Source of the DNA: Candidatus Heimdallarchaeota archaeon
Lineage (GTDB): Archaea > Asgardarchaeota > Heimdallarchaeia > Hodarchaeales > Hodarchaeaceae
Direction: 5' to 3'
Assembly (NCBI GenBank): GCA_020353515.1
Contig: CP070695.1
Span: 4,625,414-4,689,413 of the forward strand
DNA: 64,000 bases
Made by a program: the position numbers and the translations under genes. The notes beneath the pieces are model-generated. The model saw only the letters and a program-made list of their open reading frames with translations. It did not search any database and was not told where the DNA came from. Below, in pieces: positions 1 through 10,814 of this stretch (position 1 is the stretch's first letter; each line of letters begins with the position of its first letter).

Positions 1-3000
1 TCGCTATAATTGTTCGCGTTCATATAATCTCCACTTATAGGAATCTTGGGATCAGGTGAAAACAAGAGAATTTTCTCTTTAGCTTCTCCAAATGACACAA
101 GTGCCCAATTATCTGGTGGAATAGTATGTAAAACCCGCTCTCTTTCAGTCTTCCTATATGTCCAAATGTCATTGTGACGTTTGGTAATTAATTCTTCTAT
201 TGGTTTCAAGAATAGGAAAAAACCTGCCTGTATTGATGTTGAAATCCCAGAATTATTTTTGATTGAGAGCTGACTCCATAATAAAGGGCTTTCAGATCGT
301 GTATAGTAAGTGACTCTACAGGAAATATTTTTTAACCGGAAATCATTAACTGGAGAATCAAGATGATATGTTAGTCCAAACCATTTATCTTTGTTCGTAA
401 CAAGAACAGGGGAAGACCAAGTATTGTCAAGAAACTCTAACCAATTCCAGCTATAGGAGGGTTTGAGAAAAGGATGAAATCCACCAACAAAACGTTTGAA
501 CCAAACAAAAGAGTCGCGATTGGGAAAACGTGAAAAGAAGAGTTCATCACTATTTGAAAATTTCCCAGAGAATAAACTCGCACCGTGGGTTGGAGATGTT
601 TGAAAAGATAATAAGTTGTTTGAGAATAGCCATTCTTCCTCTTTCTTTTCAAGAATTACCCTTTTTGTACTCCTATATGGGATTAAAGCTCCAGTTATAG
701 GACGAGAAGTATATGGAAGTTGAATTACTCCTTTGAAAGTATAGAGTTGTACATCTAGATTTTTTATATCTATCTCTTTTCTAATCTGTTTATTAATTCC
801 ACCTTCAAGTTTCATTTTCCATTGGATAGGAGATTTCCATAAGGTACTTTCTAAATCAATTTGAGCTTCTATTGATGTTTCTCGACAAGCATGATATAAG
901 ATTTCAATCGGTACATTTCTAGAATCCCCATCTATCCAATTTAAACCTGGTAAGGGATTATTTTTTACTCCTGGAACTGCTAGGTCTTGTCCACATCGAA
1001 CTTCAAGAATTGAAGTAGAATATTCAACAGTTTTATCTTCATCTGAGGATATTTCACTACCGTTAAACTCGTTTAACCATATTTTACGAGTTAGAGGAGC
1101 TATATTCCTACCAAAAACCCAAGTAAAATGCCCTAATTTGATAGTTTCTCCTGGTTGCAAAGTGTAGGCTTTAGTATCTACCATTGGACCACTATACGGA
1201 TTACCTCGAATTGTTTCAACTTGGGAATCCCAGATAAGACCACATCCAAAACCAAGTTGATTCTCTTTTGCTATCCATGGTTCAGCATATTCTTCAGCAT
1301 TCTGAGGAAAATCGAAGTTATCATTGAATTCAGGATCATCTGATACAATCCACCCCGATTTTAATGGTAAGAAATATTTTCCCAATAAAATACTCGGTGT
1401 TCTCCAAGGACTCCAGAGACGAATGGCAATATTAGTTATTGGAAGATCAGATGTATTAGTCATCTCATAGTAACTTGAGATAAATGGTTTCCCACCCTCA
1501 ACATTGATCCAGCGGGTAACTTGTAAACCAGGTTTTTCGACTTTACTGAGCATTACTTGTTTAAAAGAAACTCCAGAGTCTTCTTTTATGATTTCATATG
1601 GACGATCAAGCCGCCAAAATTCTGATGATTCAGCAGGGAACGGTTTTCCAATATTCATTCCCAGAGTTGAAAAAGTAAATTCACCCACGTCTCTTGATTT
1701 AACAAGTCGTAATTCATTTGTCTCCTTTAAATCAAAATGAAACCGTAACTGTTCATTCTCAACGACTGCTTCTTTATGAGGATTTACGTAAGCAACAGCT
1801 CCCGCTTTAGTGAAACAACTTATATATCGAATGATTGGAGGTAGGGCTTCTTCTCCGCTGGATTTTTGATGATAAAAACGGATATTCCATCGCCAAGCTG
1901 TAACTATAGGTTTTTTAGGTTTTTTAATCATTATTTGGGTTTCAAGAGCGGCACTAGGTTCTAGTAAGTTGATTTTAACTTCATGAGGAGTTGGTAAACC
2001 TTCTCCAATAATTTTAACATGGCCATCAAAAGGAATATTCATCATATTTCGAAATCCAATAGGGATTGCAATTTGTTTTGTGTATCTTCCGAAATATGCT
2101 GAAGGTTCACTCATTGTTACTTGTAAAGACTCTTTGGGTACCCATCCAATGGCTAGTTGAATTTCTTTGTTATCAAGTAGAAAATTCCCATAAAGACGAC
2201 AATCAGTTCGTTTCCAAGGAACCTGATCTATAATATATGTTTCAACTTCAGGGTTCAGTTGAACTTCGATGGAGATATGTTTCTTGGTTCCAGCTTCTAC
2301 AATTACATCTATTGATTCAATAGATACTTTTTCGATACCTTTGAAGAGTGTGAAGTTACCTTTGACTACAATGGGCCGACTTAAGTTATTAATTATTCTT
2401 AATTCGGCTGAAGCTGAATCAATACCGAAAAATACTTCATGTAGATTAGGAACTAGTTGTACAGAAAGCTCCTCCCCATTAATAACATGAGAAAATCCCG
2501 AAATTTCTTTTGCGTGACGATCTATGTAGACAGTTAATGAATTCTGTTTATCTTGAACAAAATGATAGAAGTAAGATTTCATACCAAACTTTTCGAATTC
2601 ATCAGCTTTTTGAGTGACAGTAAGTATCCGAGACTCATACCAATCATTTCGACTAAAGAATGCTTTTTTAAAGAAACCTGTATTTAAAATCGCAGGCATA
2701 AAATTTTCCATGAGTACAGAGGTCTTAGGGCACCACATGAATCCCGTTTTTTTGTAAACAGGGACAGCACGTAGGTTCCCAGCCCATGTATGTAGATCTA
2801 GTCGCCTTTTACCATGTTGAGTCGCAGTTTCAACAGCTTTTAATAACAATCCTTTTCCGAAACCCTTTTTTTGTTGAGATGGACGAACACCTAACAACTC
2901 AGCATACATCGAATCTTCATCTGTCCAATGATTGTCTATAGAACAATACCCCTGAATAATTCCCTCTTCATCAACGACCATTCGCCTTACTTGTTTTGTT

Positions 3001-3251
3001 GCGAACCATTCTTTAAGTATTCTCTCTGCTGTGAACTTTGTGGCACCAAATCCACCACCCCAACTGTCGTCATCTGACCATTCGTTCACACAATCCGCAA
3101 GGCGCCCAGTATCTTCTAGAGTGGCTAATAATTCGCGAATTTTCATCATTTGGGGAGTATTGGGATAGAGTATTCTGATACTATCTACTCGCTCGGATTG
3201 TTGTTCATTTGAACCATGACTCGGTTCTTGTATATGAAGATTTTTGGTCAA
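1..3251 (-). CDS. Large GNAT-family N-acetyltransferase fusion protein (>1080 aa, runs off the left edge)
   Basis: Not in the ORF track because no stop lies in the window. Manual translation of the N-terminal part from TTG at 3251 (GAGG upstream) gives YAELLGVRPSQQKKGFGKGLL (acetyl-CoA motif A) and LHTWAGNLRAVPVYKKTGF (motif B). The same frame is open at position 1; the middle was not translated codon by codon. Confidence 0.8.
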   Translation of the reverse strand, partial: MTKNLHIQEPSHGSNEQQSERVDSIRILYPNTPQMMKIRELLATLEDTGRLADCVNEWSDDDSWGGGFGATKFTAERILKEWFATKQVRRMVVDEEGIIQGYCSIDNHWTDEDSMYAELLGVRPSQQKKGFGKGLLLKAVETATQHGKRRLDLHTWAGNLRAVPVYKKTGFMWCPKTSVLMENFMPAILNTGFFKKAFFSRNDWYESRILTVTQKADEFEKFGMKSYFYHFVQDKQNSLTVYIDRHAKEISGFSHVINGEELSVQLVPNLHEVFFGIDSASAELRIINNLSRPIVVKGNFTLFKGIEKVSIESIDVIVEAGTKKHISIEVQLNPEVETYIIDQVPWKRTDCRLYGNFLLDNKEIQLAIGWVPKESLQVTMSEPSAYFGRYTKQIAIPIGFRNMMNIPFDGHVKIIGEGLPTPHEVKINLLEPSAALETQIMIKKPKKPIVTAWRWNIRFYHQKSSGEEALPPIIRYISCFTKAGAVAYVNPHKEAVVENEQLRFHFDLKETNELRLVKSRDVGEFTFSTLGMNIGKPFPAESSEFWRLDRPYEIIKEDSGVSFKQVMLSKVEKPGLQVTRWINVEGGKPFISSYYEMTNTSDLPITNIAIRLWSPWRTPSILLGKYFLPLKSGWIVSDDPEFNDNFDFPQNAEEYAEPWIAKENQLGFGCGLIWDSQVETIRGNPYSGPMVDTKAYTLQPGETIKLGHFTWVFGRNIAPLTRKIWLNEFNGSEISSDEDKTVEYSTSILEVRCGQDLAVPGVKNNPLPGLNWIDGDSRNVPIEILYHACRETSIEAQIDLESTLWKSPIQWKMKLEGGINKQIRKEIDIKNLDVQLYTFKGVIQLPYTSRPITGALIPYRSTKRVILEKKEEEWLFSNNLLSFQTSPTHGASLFSGKFSNSDELFFSRFPNRDSFVWFKRFVGGFHPFLKPSYSWNWLEFLDNTWSSPVLVTNKDKWFGLTYHLDSPVNDFRLKNISCRVTYYTRSESPLLWSQLSIKNNSGISTSIQAGFFLFLKPIEELITKRHNDIWTYRKTERERVLHTIPPDNWALVSFGEAKEKILLFSPDPKIPISGDYMNANNYS

Positions 3252-3459
3252 GATCTTTTCCTCTACTGATGTCCATGTCTACCCAAAATTTATGATAGAC
3301 AATAACCATAGATAAACATATTTGCACGTAAAAAAGGCTAAACTTAAAAATACAGATTCTGGCAATTCAAATCTGATTCGAATTGAATCGTTATTTAGAA
3401 AAAAACAAATACAAGAACAACCCAAAAGCACTTAACTAGTGTTCTAATTCTCATGTAAG

Positions 3460-4281
3460 GTGAAACTGCTTTTGAGTAGTACAACGCATTTCTTTATTAT
3501 GGTACCTCCTTTCGAAATTACAGGTAGTCGTATTTCTATTGTTACAAAAAGGGGTTATTACGAAATTAATCCCCCAAATAAAATCCAATATAAGGTCACA
3601 AACCTGACCACTGATTTCATAGTGTTATACTCCCATGAGGGAATAGGGATGATGACCGAATTACCACCTTACGCAGATATCAATGCCTTTGATTTGCTTA
3701 ATACGCTATGTCAAGGATTATTTGAGGTCTGTTTTTCATTAACAGGAAGGAGAAAAAGTGATCTGTTATTAGATTTCATCTTTGGAGAAATTTTACCTTT
3801 CACGATGAGGGATTACAAAACTGGTTTTTTTCAATTGAAATTATTACCTGATTCCATTTATCAAGAATTCTATAGACGGTCGTCAACTGTTGAAGAAACC
3901 ATGACTACAACGATTACAACGTTTGATGAAAACATTTTTATCCCATTCAAACAGAAATTTATATCTACAATCCATAATCGCACTGAGGAAAAAGCAAACA
4001 CTACCGTTGGCACTTTTTCTAGAGATTTTCCTAGATTTTTCAGACTACATAAGGATCTATTGACAATTCTCCTCTCTCAAGCGAAGCAAGTCTCTGATCA
4101 TCAACATCTGTCCTTTAGCATATTTGCTCCAATACTAAGAAAAATTAGAATGCTCGATACAATGATGGATCATTTTAAAGTTGAGGAACATAAAAAGCAC
4201 ATCGAACTGAAAATAGAGCCGATGAAAGTGGATTCAGCAGAAATTGCAGGAAAAATCTCTCCCTTAGTAAAGGTGAAGTAA
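3460..4281 (+). CDS. Hypothetical protein (273 aa; start may be slightly downstream)
   Basis: Long ORF filling the gap between genes; no recognisable motif. Confidence 0.6.
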   Translation: MKLLLSSTTHFFIMVPPFEITGSRISIVTKRGYYEINPPNKIQYKVTNLTTDFIVLYSHEGIGMMTELPPYADINAFDLLNTLCQGLFEVCFSLTGRRKSDLLLDFIFGEILPFTMRDYKTGFFQLKLLPDSIYQEFYRRSSTVEETMTTTITTFDENIFIPFKQKFISTIHNRTEEKANTTVGTFSRDFPRFFRLHKDLLTILLSQAKQVSDHQHLSFSIFAPILRKIRMLDTMMDHFKVEEHKKHIELKIEPMKVDSAEIAGKISPLVKVK

Positions 4282-4302
4282 AGCAGGGAGAATTCAATAT
4301 CT

Positions 4303-4677
4303 TTAAATTTCAGATGCGATGTCATAAGCGTCCTTGATACTCGCAATCCAACTCAGAGGGAAAAGAAAATAAGAAATCAAGAGAAAATACAATGTTAACA
4401 AGCCTATGGGAGGAATCATTAGATCAATGGTGAACAATGTATCAAATAGGAAAATTGTAATAGCAAGAGTGAGGGCGACTAGGGATGGTATGAACATGAA
4501 ACCAACTCCTCTTCGTACACGTCCAAGATAAATTTGACCTAATCCTGGTAAAATAAAAGATAATACGCTAACTACGTATTTATTTTTGATAATTCGCTTT
4601 CTTGGTTCATCTGCAGTAAATTGAGTAGTATATGCCTTTGATTCGGTTATTCCTTCCAAAATTATTTCCATCTTCAA
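4303..4677 (-). CDS. Small membrane protein with TM2-like motif
   Basis: VLSFILPGLGQIYLG..RG motif followed by two hydrophobic helices and W..SI.DAY. Confidence 0.65.
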   Translation of the reverse strand: MKMEIILEGITESKAYTTQFTADEPRKRIIKNKYVVSVLSFILPGLGQIYLGRVRRGVGFMFIPSLVALTLAITIFLFDTLFTIDLMIPPIGLLTLYFLLISYFLFPLSWIASIKDAYDIASEI

Positions 4678-4727
4678 AAATAGTATTAAATCATTTTATT
4701 TTAGCATTACTAGGTTTGAAGCATTTA

Positions 4728-5396
4728 TTAAGTTTGATATAGAAATACTTTGAGAATTTCGAATAATTTGTCCAGAGATTTGTAAGGACTGTATAATGTA
4801 GATAGATAAGATATTCCGAACTTAGAAAGTGGAAATGTTGTTTTAAACTCATCCATAGTTGGGGCAAAATGTGCTAAGAAATCGACAGCTTGTTCTTTAA
4901 TTTTGGGGGACATCTTGAATTCGTTAGGATCTTCCGATGAAAATAAATCTACTTTATTCACAACAAAATGGAAGATATATTTTGTATCCGCTGCTTTCTT
5001 GTCCGCTTTTTCGGGTTTTAAATCAAGTGAATCTAGAAAGTAATTGTAAGAATCCTCCATTGCTACCCGCTGTACCTCAACTGATTGATCAGGATCGAGT
5101 AAGAAGAGCATACCATCAGTTTTAAACTTTCGCATGGCTTCACGCCATTTCCGTCGAAGTTTATAGTCCCCTGGATTATCAATTGCAATAATTCGATATT
5201 TTCTGTGTGCTTCTGGCGAGTACCATGGATAGTCTTCTGAACTTTTCAATTTAATCTTCTTTTCTTCAATATTAATCTCAAGAGTCTTTTTACTCACAAT
5301 TTTCTTAACATCGGTTCCTATCATCCGATTAATTAGTGTTGTCTTACCCACCCCTGTATTCCCTAAGACTGTAACTCGAATATCACGATCAAACAC
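4728..5396 (-). CDS. Ras-superfamily small GTPase, Arf/Sar-like, divergent
   Basis: G1 GNTGVGKT, G3 DNPG followed by KLRRKW (Arf-type switch II), GMLFLLD, G4 NKVD; GTG start. Confidence 0.8.
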   Translation of the reverse strand: MFDRDIRVTVLGNTGVGKTTLINRMIGTDVKKIVSKKTLEINIEEKKIKLKSSEDYPWYSPEAHRKYRIIAIDNPGDYKLRRKWREAMRKFKTDGMLFLLDPDQSVEVQRVAMEDSYNYFLDSLDLKPEKADKKAADTKYIFHFVVNKVDLFSSEDPNEFKMSPKIKEQAVDFLAHFAPTMDEFKTTFPLSKFGISYLSTLYSPYKSLDKLFEILKVFLYQT

Positions 5397-5573
5397 ATTC
5401 TAACCTCGTGTAGAACAATAACCTCTGAATATTATTCTTGTTGTGTATTGATTAAAAAGATGGATTATTTAAAAATTAATTGTTTCAAACAAAGGAAATT
5501 AAATTGCCAATAAGCTTTTATTTATGAATAAGTAAGCAAACGTTATAATATAAAGAAAGATATCTGTTTCCAG

Positions 5574-7592
5574 TTGGAGAGAAGCATCCTGCCAGAGTTT
5601 CAGCTAAAGTCTCCTTATCAACCTCGTGGTGATCAAATACCTGCAATACAGCAATTAATTCAAGGAATTAGTGATGGAAAAAAGTACCAAACTCTTTTAG
5701 GAGTGACAGGGAGCGGAAAAACATTTACAGTAGCCAATGTCATTGAACAAGTACAGAAACCTACTCTAGTAATCTCTCACAACAAGACGTTAGCAGCCCA
5801 GTTGTTTCAAGAATTTTCAGAGTATTTTCCTCATAATGCAGTAGAATACTTCGTTTCTTTTTATGACTACTACCAACCTGAAGCATACCTGCCAACAACT
5901 GACCGTTACATCGAGAAAGACTTCAGTATCAATGAGGAAATAGAGAAGATGAGATCTTCAACCACGAGAAGTCTCCTCGAACGGGATGATGTGATTGTTG
6001 TCGCGAGTGTTAGTTGTATTTATGGTCTTGGAGCCCCTGGATCTTATAAAGATATGAGTCTTTTTGTTGAGCGTGGTATGCATATTTCAAAAGAGGAAAT
6101 CCTAGCTACCCTAATTGATATCCAGTATGAACGCGATCAAATGGATTTTTCACGAGGAAAAATCAGAACACGTGGAGACACGATTGATATCTGGCCAATA
6201 TACGAAGACAACAAAGCAGTCCGAATAGAACTCTTTGGAGATGAAATTGACCGTATTACTTATATTCACCCCATCTCGGGGAAAACTCTGCTTTCTCTTG
6301 ATCGTGCGATCGTTTTTCCTGCAAAACACTATATTCGACCCAAAGACGAGCTTAGAGCGGCACTTAGTGGAATTCGAAAAGAATTAAGAGTCCGACTCAA
6401 AGAATTGAGACACCAAAATAAGATAGTTGAAGCACATAGACTGCAACAACGAACACTGTATGACCTAGAGTTGCTAGAAGAGATCGGCCATTGTCCTGGG
6501 ATAGAGAACTATTCTAGATACTTTGACAAGCGTGAGGAAGGAGAACCACCTTCAACATTGCTGGAATTCTTTCCTAAGGATTTTCTCCTAATCATTGATG
6601 AATCTCATATGACGATTCCACAAATTGCAGGAATGAGAGAAGGTGATCTTTCAAGGAAGAAAAATCTGGTAGATTATGGTTTTAGACTCCCCTCTGCTTT
6701 TGACCATCGGCCATTGAGTTTTAAAGAATTTGAAGTTCGGATGGGACAAACAATATTTGTTAGTGCGACTCCAGGTGATTATGCACGGAAAAAAAGCGGA
6801 ATGAACAGTATTGTAGAACAGATAATTAGACCTACAGGATTAATTGATCCAGAGATTGCAGTCAAGTTAAAATTACCAAATCCAATAGATGATTTAATCA
6901 GTGAAATACAGCAGACCACAAAAAGAGGCGAACGGACATTAGTGACTACTTTGACGAAAAGAATGGCTGAAAACCTTGCTGACTACCTTGAAGAGATAAA
7001 AGTACGTGCACGGTACCTTCATTCTGAGATTAAAACCCTAGAAAGAACTGATATCCTACGATCATTGAGGCTTGGGGATTTTGATGTTCTTGTTGGAATT
7101 AACCTTCTCCGAGAAGGGCTTGATTTGCCAGAGGTCTCTTTAGTTGCTATTCTAGATGCAGATAAACAGGGATTCCTAAGAAATGAACGATCTTTAATAC
7201 AAACTATTGGTCGGGCAGCTCGAAATGTCAACGGACGAGTTGTTTTTTATGCAGACAAAGTTTCAGAATCAATGGAGATGGCCATAGCGGAAACGAAAAG
7301 GCGTCGTCGAAAACAATTAGAATTCAATGAGAGAATGGGGATTACTCCACAAACAATATTTAAGGAAGTACGCTCTCCACTTGTTGAACTACAGACATCC
7401 TTTACAGCCATCCAACGAGAGAAAATATCTGCAGAAGATTTACCTGAATATATTGAAGCCTTGAGAAGTGAAATGCAACTAGCTGCAAAAAATCTGGAGT
7501 TTGAAAAAGCTGCAGAAATACGAGATATGATTATTGACCTAGAGAGTCCAAAAATTAAGACACCAAAAATTGTGGATAGAAAAAGTTTCTGA
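5574..7592 (+). CDS. uvrB: Excinuclease ABC subunit B
   Basis: LGVTGSGKT, HNKTLAAQL, YDYYQPEAY beta-hairpin, DESH, GINLLREGLD, QTIGRAAR, C-terminal UVR domain (LEFEKAAEIRD). Confidence 0.97.
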   Translation: MERSILPEFQLKSPYQPRGDQIPAIQQLIQGISDGKKYQTLLGVTGSGKTFTVANVIEQVQKPTLVISHNKTLAAQLFQEFSEYFPHNAVEYFVSFYDYYQPEAYLPTTDRYIEKDFSINEEIEKMRSSTTRSLLERDDVIVVASVSCIYGLGAPGSYKDMSLFVERGMHISKEEILATLIDIQYERDQMDFSRGKIRTRGDTIDIWPIYEDNKAVRIELFGDEIDRITYIHPISGKTLLSLDRAIVFPAKHYIRPKDELRAALSGIRKELRVRLKELRHQNKIVEAHRLQQRTLYDLELLEEIGHCPGIENYSRYFDKREEGEPPSTLLEFFPKDFLLIIDESHMTIPQIAGMREGDLSRKKNLVDYGFRLPSAFDHRPLSFKEFEVRMGQTIFVSATPGDYARKKSGMNSIVEQIIRPTGLIDPEIAVKLKLPNPIDDLISEIQQTTKRGERTLVTTLTKRMAENLADYLEEIKVRARYLHSEIKTLERTDILRSLRLGDFDVLVGINLLREGLDLPEVSLVAILDADKQGFLRNERSLIQTIGRAARNVNGRVVFYADKVSESMEMAIAETKRRRRKQLEFNERMGITPQTIFKEVRSPLVELQTSFTAIQREKISAEDLPEYIEALRSEMQLAAKNLEFEKAAEIRDMIIDLESPKIKTPKIVDRKSF

Positions 7593-7616
7593 TTGGATTT
7601 AGACTCTCTAGTTTGA

Positions 7617-9038
7617 TTACGTATGGATAGGACGGTCTAAAGCACACAGAACTGCTTCTTTGATTGTTTCATAGAATACTGGGTGTGAATGTTCAACTTT
7701 AATTAAATCTTCTGCTTTCATTCGATTCCCTACCGCTAAAGCGCCTTCTGCAATTAACTCAGTTGCGCTGGGACCGATAATGTGCACTCCAATAATTTCT
7801 GTAGTTTTTGCATCCAGAATTACCTTAACAAATCCACGGTTCTGCCCGGCAATAATTGCTCGGCCATTTCCTTGAAAGGGAAACTTTCCTACAAGAATTT
7901 CACCATATTTTTCTTTTGCTTTCTCCTCGGATAAACCAACCGAGGCTACTTCAGGATTAGTAAAAATAGTGGTCGGGATAGCATGATAATTCATTTCAGT
8001 ATCATGACCTAATGCATTTTCAACAGCAACTTCGCCTTCGTGTGATGCTGTGTAAGCTAACATAGGCGAAGGTACTCCTTGAACTACATCACCTGCAGCA
8101 TATACTCCAGGAATATTTGTTTCCATCTTTTTATTAACGATAATTCCACGATCATGTTCAATTCCTGCTTTATCAAGGTTTAATCCCTTTATTGCTGGAG
8201 CTCGCCCAATTGAGACTAGTACGTAATCAGCTTCGATATTATATTCTTTATTTTCAGCATCTATGAATATAACCCTTTTTTTACCAACAGGAGTATCTGA
8301 AATACGAGTGACACGTGAACTAGTATGGACTTTGATTCCACTTCGTTTAAAGGAAGCTTCAAGCTCCTTACTAAGATCAGGATCTTCCATTGGGATTAAA
8401 CGGGGGAGCATCTCTACAACAGTAACATCTGTTTCCTCAAAACATCTAAAAACGCATGCAAATTCTCCACCAATAGCACCACCTCCAATTACAATTAAGC
8501 TCTTAGGAATATGACTCAGTTCAAGCAATTTCTTACTCGTTAGAACTTTCACTCCATCAATTCCTGGTATCGGTACAAAAAATGGTTGACTTCCTGTGGC
8601 AATGATGACTTTTTTAGCAGAAACACGATATGTCCTATTCGATGTGGTTACAGAGAGTGTATAAGGATCAATGAATTTTCCCTCTCCATTCAACACACGA
8701 ACGTTGGCATTTTTCAAGAGGAAATCGATACCTTTCACAAGCCGACGAACAATCATGGTTTTCCTTTTTTGAATACGAGGAAAATCAACACCGATATATT
8801 CAGATTTTAGCCCAAACCGAGCCATTTCCCTTAGTGCCTTGCATCGTTTCGCGGACTCAACTAATACTTTAGTAGGAATACATCCACGATTAAGACAGGT
8901 ACCTCCTATCTGGCCTTTTTCGATGAGTACAACACCATTATCACTCAACTGAGCTGCTCTTATCGCTGCTACGTAACCTGCTGGCCCACCTCCTAGAATG
9001 GCAATTTCGGCATGAACTATTTCTACTATTTCTTCCAT
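7617..9038 (-). CDS. lpdA: Dihydrolipoamide dehydrogenase (E3)
   Basis: GGGPAG FAD motif, GGTCLNRGCIP redox disulfide, GGGAIG NAD motif, C-terminal HPVFYE. Confidence 0.92.
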   Translation of the reverse strand: MEEIVEIVHAEIAILGGGPAGYVAAIRAAQLSDNGVVLIEKGQIGGTCLNRGCIPTKVLVESAKRCKALREMARFGLKSEYIGVDFPRIQKRKTMIVRRLVKGIDFLLKNANVRVLNGEGKFIDPYTLSVTTSNRTYRVSAKKVIIATGSQPFFVPIPGIDGVKVLTSKKLLELSHIPKSLIVIGGGAIGGEFACVFRCFEETDVTVVEMLPRLIPMEDPDLSKELEASFKRSGIKVHTSSRVTRISDTPVGKKRVIFIDAENKEYNIEADYVLVSIGRAPAIKGLNLDKAGIEHDRGIIVNKKMETNIPGVYAAGDVVQGVPSPMLAYTASHEGEVAVENALGHDTEMNYHAIPTTIFTNPEVASVGLSEEKAKEKYGEILVGKFPFQGNGRAIIAGQNRGFVKVILDAKTTEIIGVHIIGPSATELIAEGALAVGNRMKAEDLIKVEHSHPVFYETIKEAVLCALDRPIHT

Positions 9039-9357
9039 TTGAAAACAACTCGGAATTGATGGTTATTCAATGAAGAATATAATTAATCATTTAAATCAAT
9101 TCTTTAACTATAATGTATTGCTAACGTCAAATATGATTTTTTTATATCAAAATCGTCCGAAGAGATCCAATAAAGAAAACATTTTCCTTTTGACTAGATT
9201 TAACGCGACTACAGTATTAATTACTAGTGATTCACAATTCAGTGAATAATTGTCTTTATAAAAATAATGTATTTTACTTAAATCAGGTATTATTTCCACT
9301 GAAATTGTCTAATAATCCCAGAAAAAGTGGAAAACCAAACGAAAATACTTCTAAGGT

Positions 9358-10683
9358 TTGATCATGGCATTGCATCCTGTGCAGGTGATTGGTTTAATAA
9401 TATTTATTGGAACTTACATTTTAATCACGTCAGAGAAATTGCATAGACCGATTTCTGCTCTTCTAGGAGCAAGTGTCATATCCATTTTGTTGATAGTTAC
9501 CCAGTGGCCATACGAGGGACATGCGACAACTTTCCACACAATCGTTTCCCGTGTAGAATGGAATACTCTTCTTTTCATCACTGCAATGATGATTATTACG
9601 ATAATTTCTAGCCGATCAGGCCTTTTTCAATATATCAGCATCATCATTGTACGCTTTACAAAAGGGAATCCAAAGACTTTGTTGCTTTCATTATCCTTGC
9701 TAACTTTCATAATCAGTTTTGTCTTTGATGTCATCACTACAATGTTAATAATTGCACCTTTAACAGTTGAAATATATAAAATTCTAGAATTCGACTTTAG
9801 ACCAACTCTCATTGTGGAAGCAATTACAGCTAATTTTGCGTCAATTTCATCTTTGGTAGGAAGTATACCAAATATTGTTTTGGCAGATAAGAGCGGTGCA
9901 TTATTTCTTGACTTTGTAATAGTAATGGGGCCCCTTAGTCTTATTTTGTTACTAACAGCTCTACCCGTATACTATCTCACTGCAAAAAAGACATTTGTAG
10001 ATACCCCTATATCGTTGGTAAAGGAAATATTCTTATTAGACCCAAACATTCTCGTCGAAGATAAACGTACTTTCTATGTAGTAATTGTGGGATTGATTAT
10101 ATTGGTAATAGGATTCATTTTTGGAGGTATTGTGCAGTTAAAGGCAGCAGAGATTGCTTTATTAATTGCTTCAGGATTGTTACTGTTTTCAGGAATGCAC
10201 CCTAAAGACATTTTCAGGGATGTGGAGTGGATTTCAGTTTATTTTATTATTGGACTCTTTGTTCTTGTGGGTTCAATTGAAATCTTAGGATTACTTGACC
10301 TTTTGGGTGAAATCCTGACCCCATTTTTGGAACTCCCCTTATTCCTCTCACTACCATTTATTTCATTTGGAATAGGATTCACATCTGCTGTAGTTGACAA
10401 CATTCCTATTTCAGCAGCATTAGCTCCTGTATTTGCTGATCTCCAGGGGGCAGGAGTGATTGGTACTATCGAATGGTGGGCTTTAGTGATAGCTGTGAAC
10501 CTAGGTGGATATGTATTACCAATTGGCAGCCCTGCTAATATTCTAGCAATTAATCTTTCTAATCGAGAAGGGGCCACCATCACTTTCATGGAATTTCTCA
10601 AGATAGGGGCTCTATTAGGACTTCTTCATCTTCTAATCGGTACGATTTACTTGATTTTTCTTTCCACAATTGGTTTTTTTTAA
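9358..10683 (+). CDS. ArsB/NhaD (IT superfamily, CitM/SLC13-like) anion permease
   Basis: Many TM helices; SLVGSIPN, SAVVDNIP and NLGGYVLPIGSPAN motifs. Confidence 0.85.
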   Translation: MIMALHPVQVIGLIIFIGTYILITSEKLHRPISALLGASVISILLIVTQWPYEGHATTFHTIVSRVEWNTLLFITAMMIITIISSRSGLFQYISIIIVRFTKGNPKTLLLSLSLLTFIISFVFDVITTMLIIAPLTVEIYKILEFDFRPTLIVEAITANFASISSLVGSIPNIVLADKSGALFLDFVIVMGPLSLILLLTALPVYYLTAKKTFVDTPISLVKEIFLLDPNILVEDKRTFYVVIVGLIILVIGFIFGGIVQLKAAEIALLIASGLLLFSGMHPKDIFRDVEWISVYFIIGLFVLVGSIEILGLLDLLGEILTPFLELPLFLSLPFISFGIGFTSAVVDNIPISAALAPVFADLQGAGVIGTIEWWALVIAVNLGGYVLPIGSPANILAINLSNREGATITFMEFLKIGALLGLLHLLIGTIYLIFLSTIGFF

Positions 10684-10814
10684 TATCTAAACACTCTCAC
10701 TCTTGAATTATTTCTCTTGCATTTAATGACAGAATTATAAAAAGCCTTTTTGGTTAAAAATTTCTGTTTTTTCAGTAATAACTGCTTCATTGTGGATAGA
10801 AGGAAGGAAAAAGT

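Noticed and set aside
437-2490. Short ORFs at 437-652, 1155-1343, 1504-1740 and 2269-2490
   Set aside because: They lie inside or antisense to the long minus-strand GNAT CDS; shadow ORFs.
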